A stretch of 61,785 nucleotides of DNA, counting the filler, from Choristocarpus tenellus KU-1152 (taxonomy: Eukaryota; Protista; Phaeophyceae), in assembly GCA_964200185.2 (NCBI GenBank). It is 14 parts of 14 records of this genome, joined end to end, with 100 filler letters (N's around TTAATTAATTAA, not from the genome) between each part and the next. Parts side by side here need not be neighbours in the genome. Positions count along the whole stretch, not along the records: positions 53,793 to 61,785 come from CAXNAD020005292.1; 13 more parts are not named here. One strand, given 5' to 3'. The position numbers and the translations under genes were made by a program. The notes beneath the pieces are model-generated. The model made no database searches, had not been told where the DNA came from, and saw only the letters and a program-made list of their open reading frames with translations. Each line of letters starts with the position of its first letter. Within the stretch, counting starts at the first letter, position 1. Below, piece after piece: positions 61,616 to 61,785 of the stretch.

Positions 61616-61785
61616 GGCTCAAAGTATCAGGAGGGGGGTGGCGGCTGTCCATTTGGGGTCAATTTTTCACGTCGCGATTTTTGGGTGATTTGGTTGCATA
61701 CGTCTGGTGGACAATGTAAATAAACTTTTCCTGGTTTTGGGCCAAATGGACACCCTGGTGTAGACCCCCACCCGCCCCCCCCCCC
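61616..61785 (+). mobile_element. MITE family B, running to the window end
   Basis: GGCTCAAAGTATCAGGAGGGGGG…GCTGTCCATTTGGGGTC…GGCCAAATGGACACC…poly-C. Confidence 0.92.

Overview
Eukaryotic, intron-rich, repeat-dense genomic DNA. An ochrophyte alga such as a brown alga or relative is my inference, from CRE-like retroelements resembling Ectocarpus-type copies as I recall them and from TTAGGG repeats. The window is not contiguous: 14 short contigs are joined by 13 artificial 100-bp linkers (N44-TTAATTAATTAA-N44), so adjacency across linkers cannot be trusted. Recognisable host genes, all partial and on the minus strand, are a DENN-domain Rab GEF (3 in-phase exons), a KDM5/JARID-like JmjN histone demethylase with an AT-hook, a TPR protein and an MFS transporter exon. 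There is also a decayed vWA (MIDAS) gene. The dominant signal is about 20 copies of 3-4 related MITE families sharing a bipartite terminal repeat (G-R-N-N-N-AAAGTATCT ... GTCCATTTGGGG) with mostly 4-bp TSDs, which fits Sola(2)-like DNA transposons. They nest into each other's termini. Their TIRs also carry a GT donor and an AG acceptor in both orientations that would leave an in-frame 24-nt scar (introner-like hypothesis). A Sola-like transposase N-terminal fragment lies just downstream of a 4 x ~210-bp array whose units carry a strong hairpin. Other elements are CRE-like non-LTR remnants, an IS630/Tc1-like HTH remnant, palindromic elements with telomeric cores, and many tandem repeats. No rRNA, bona fide tRNA or CRISPR array was found.
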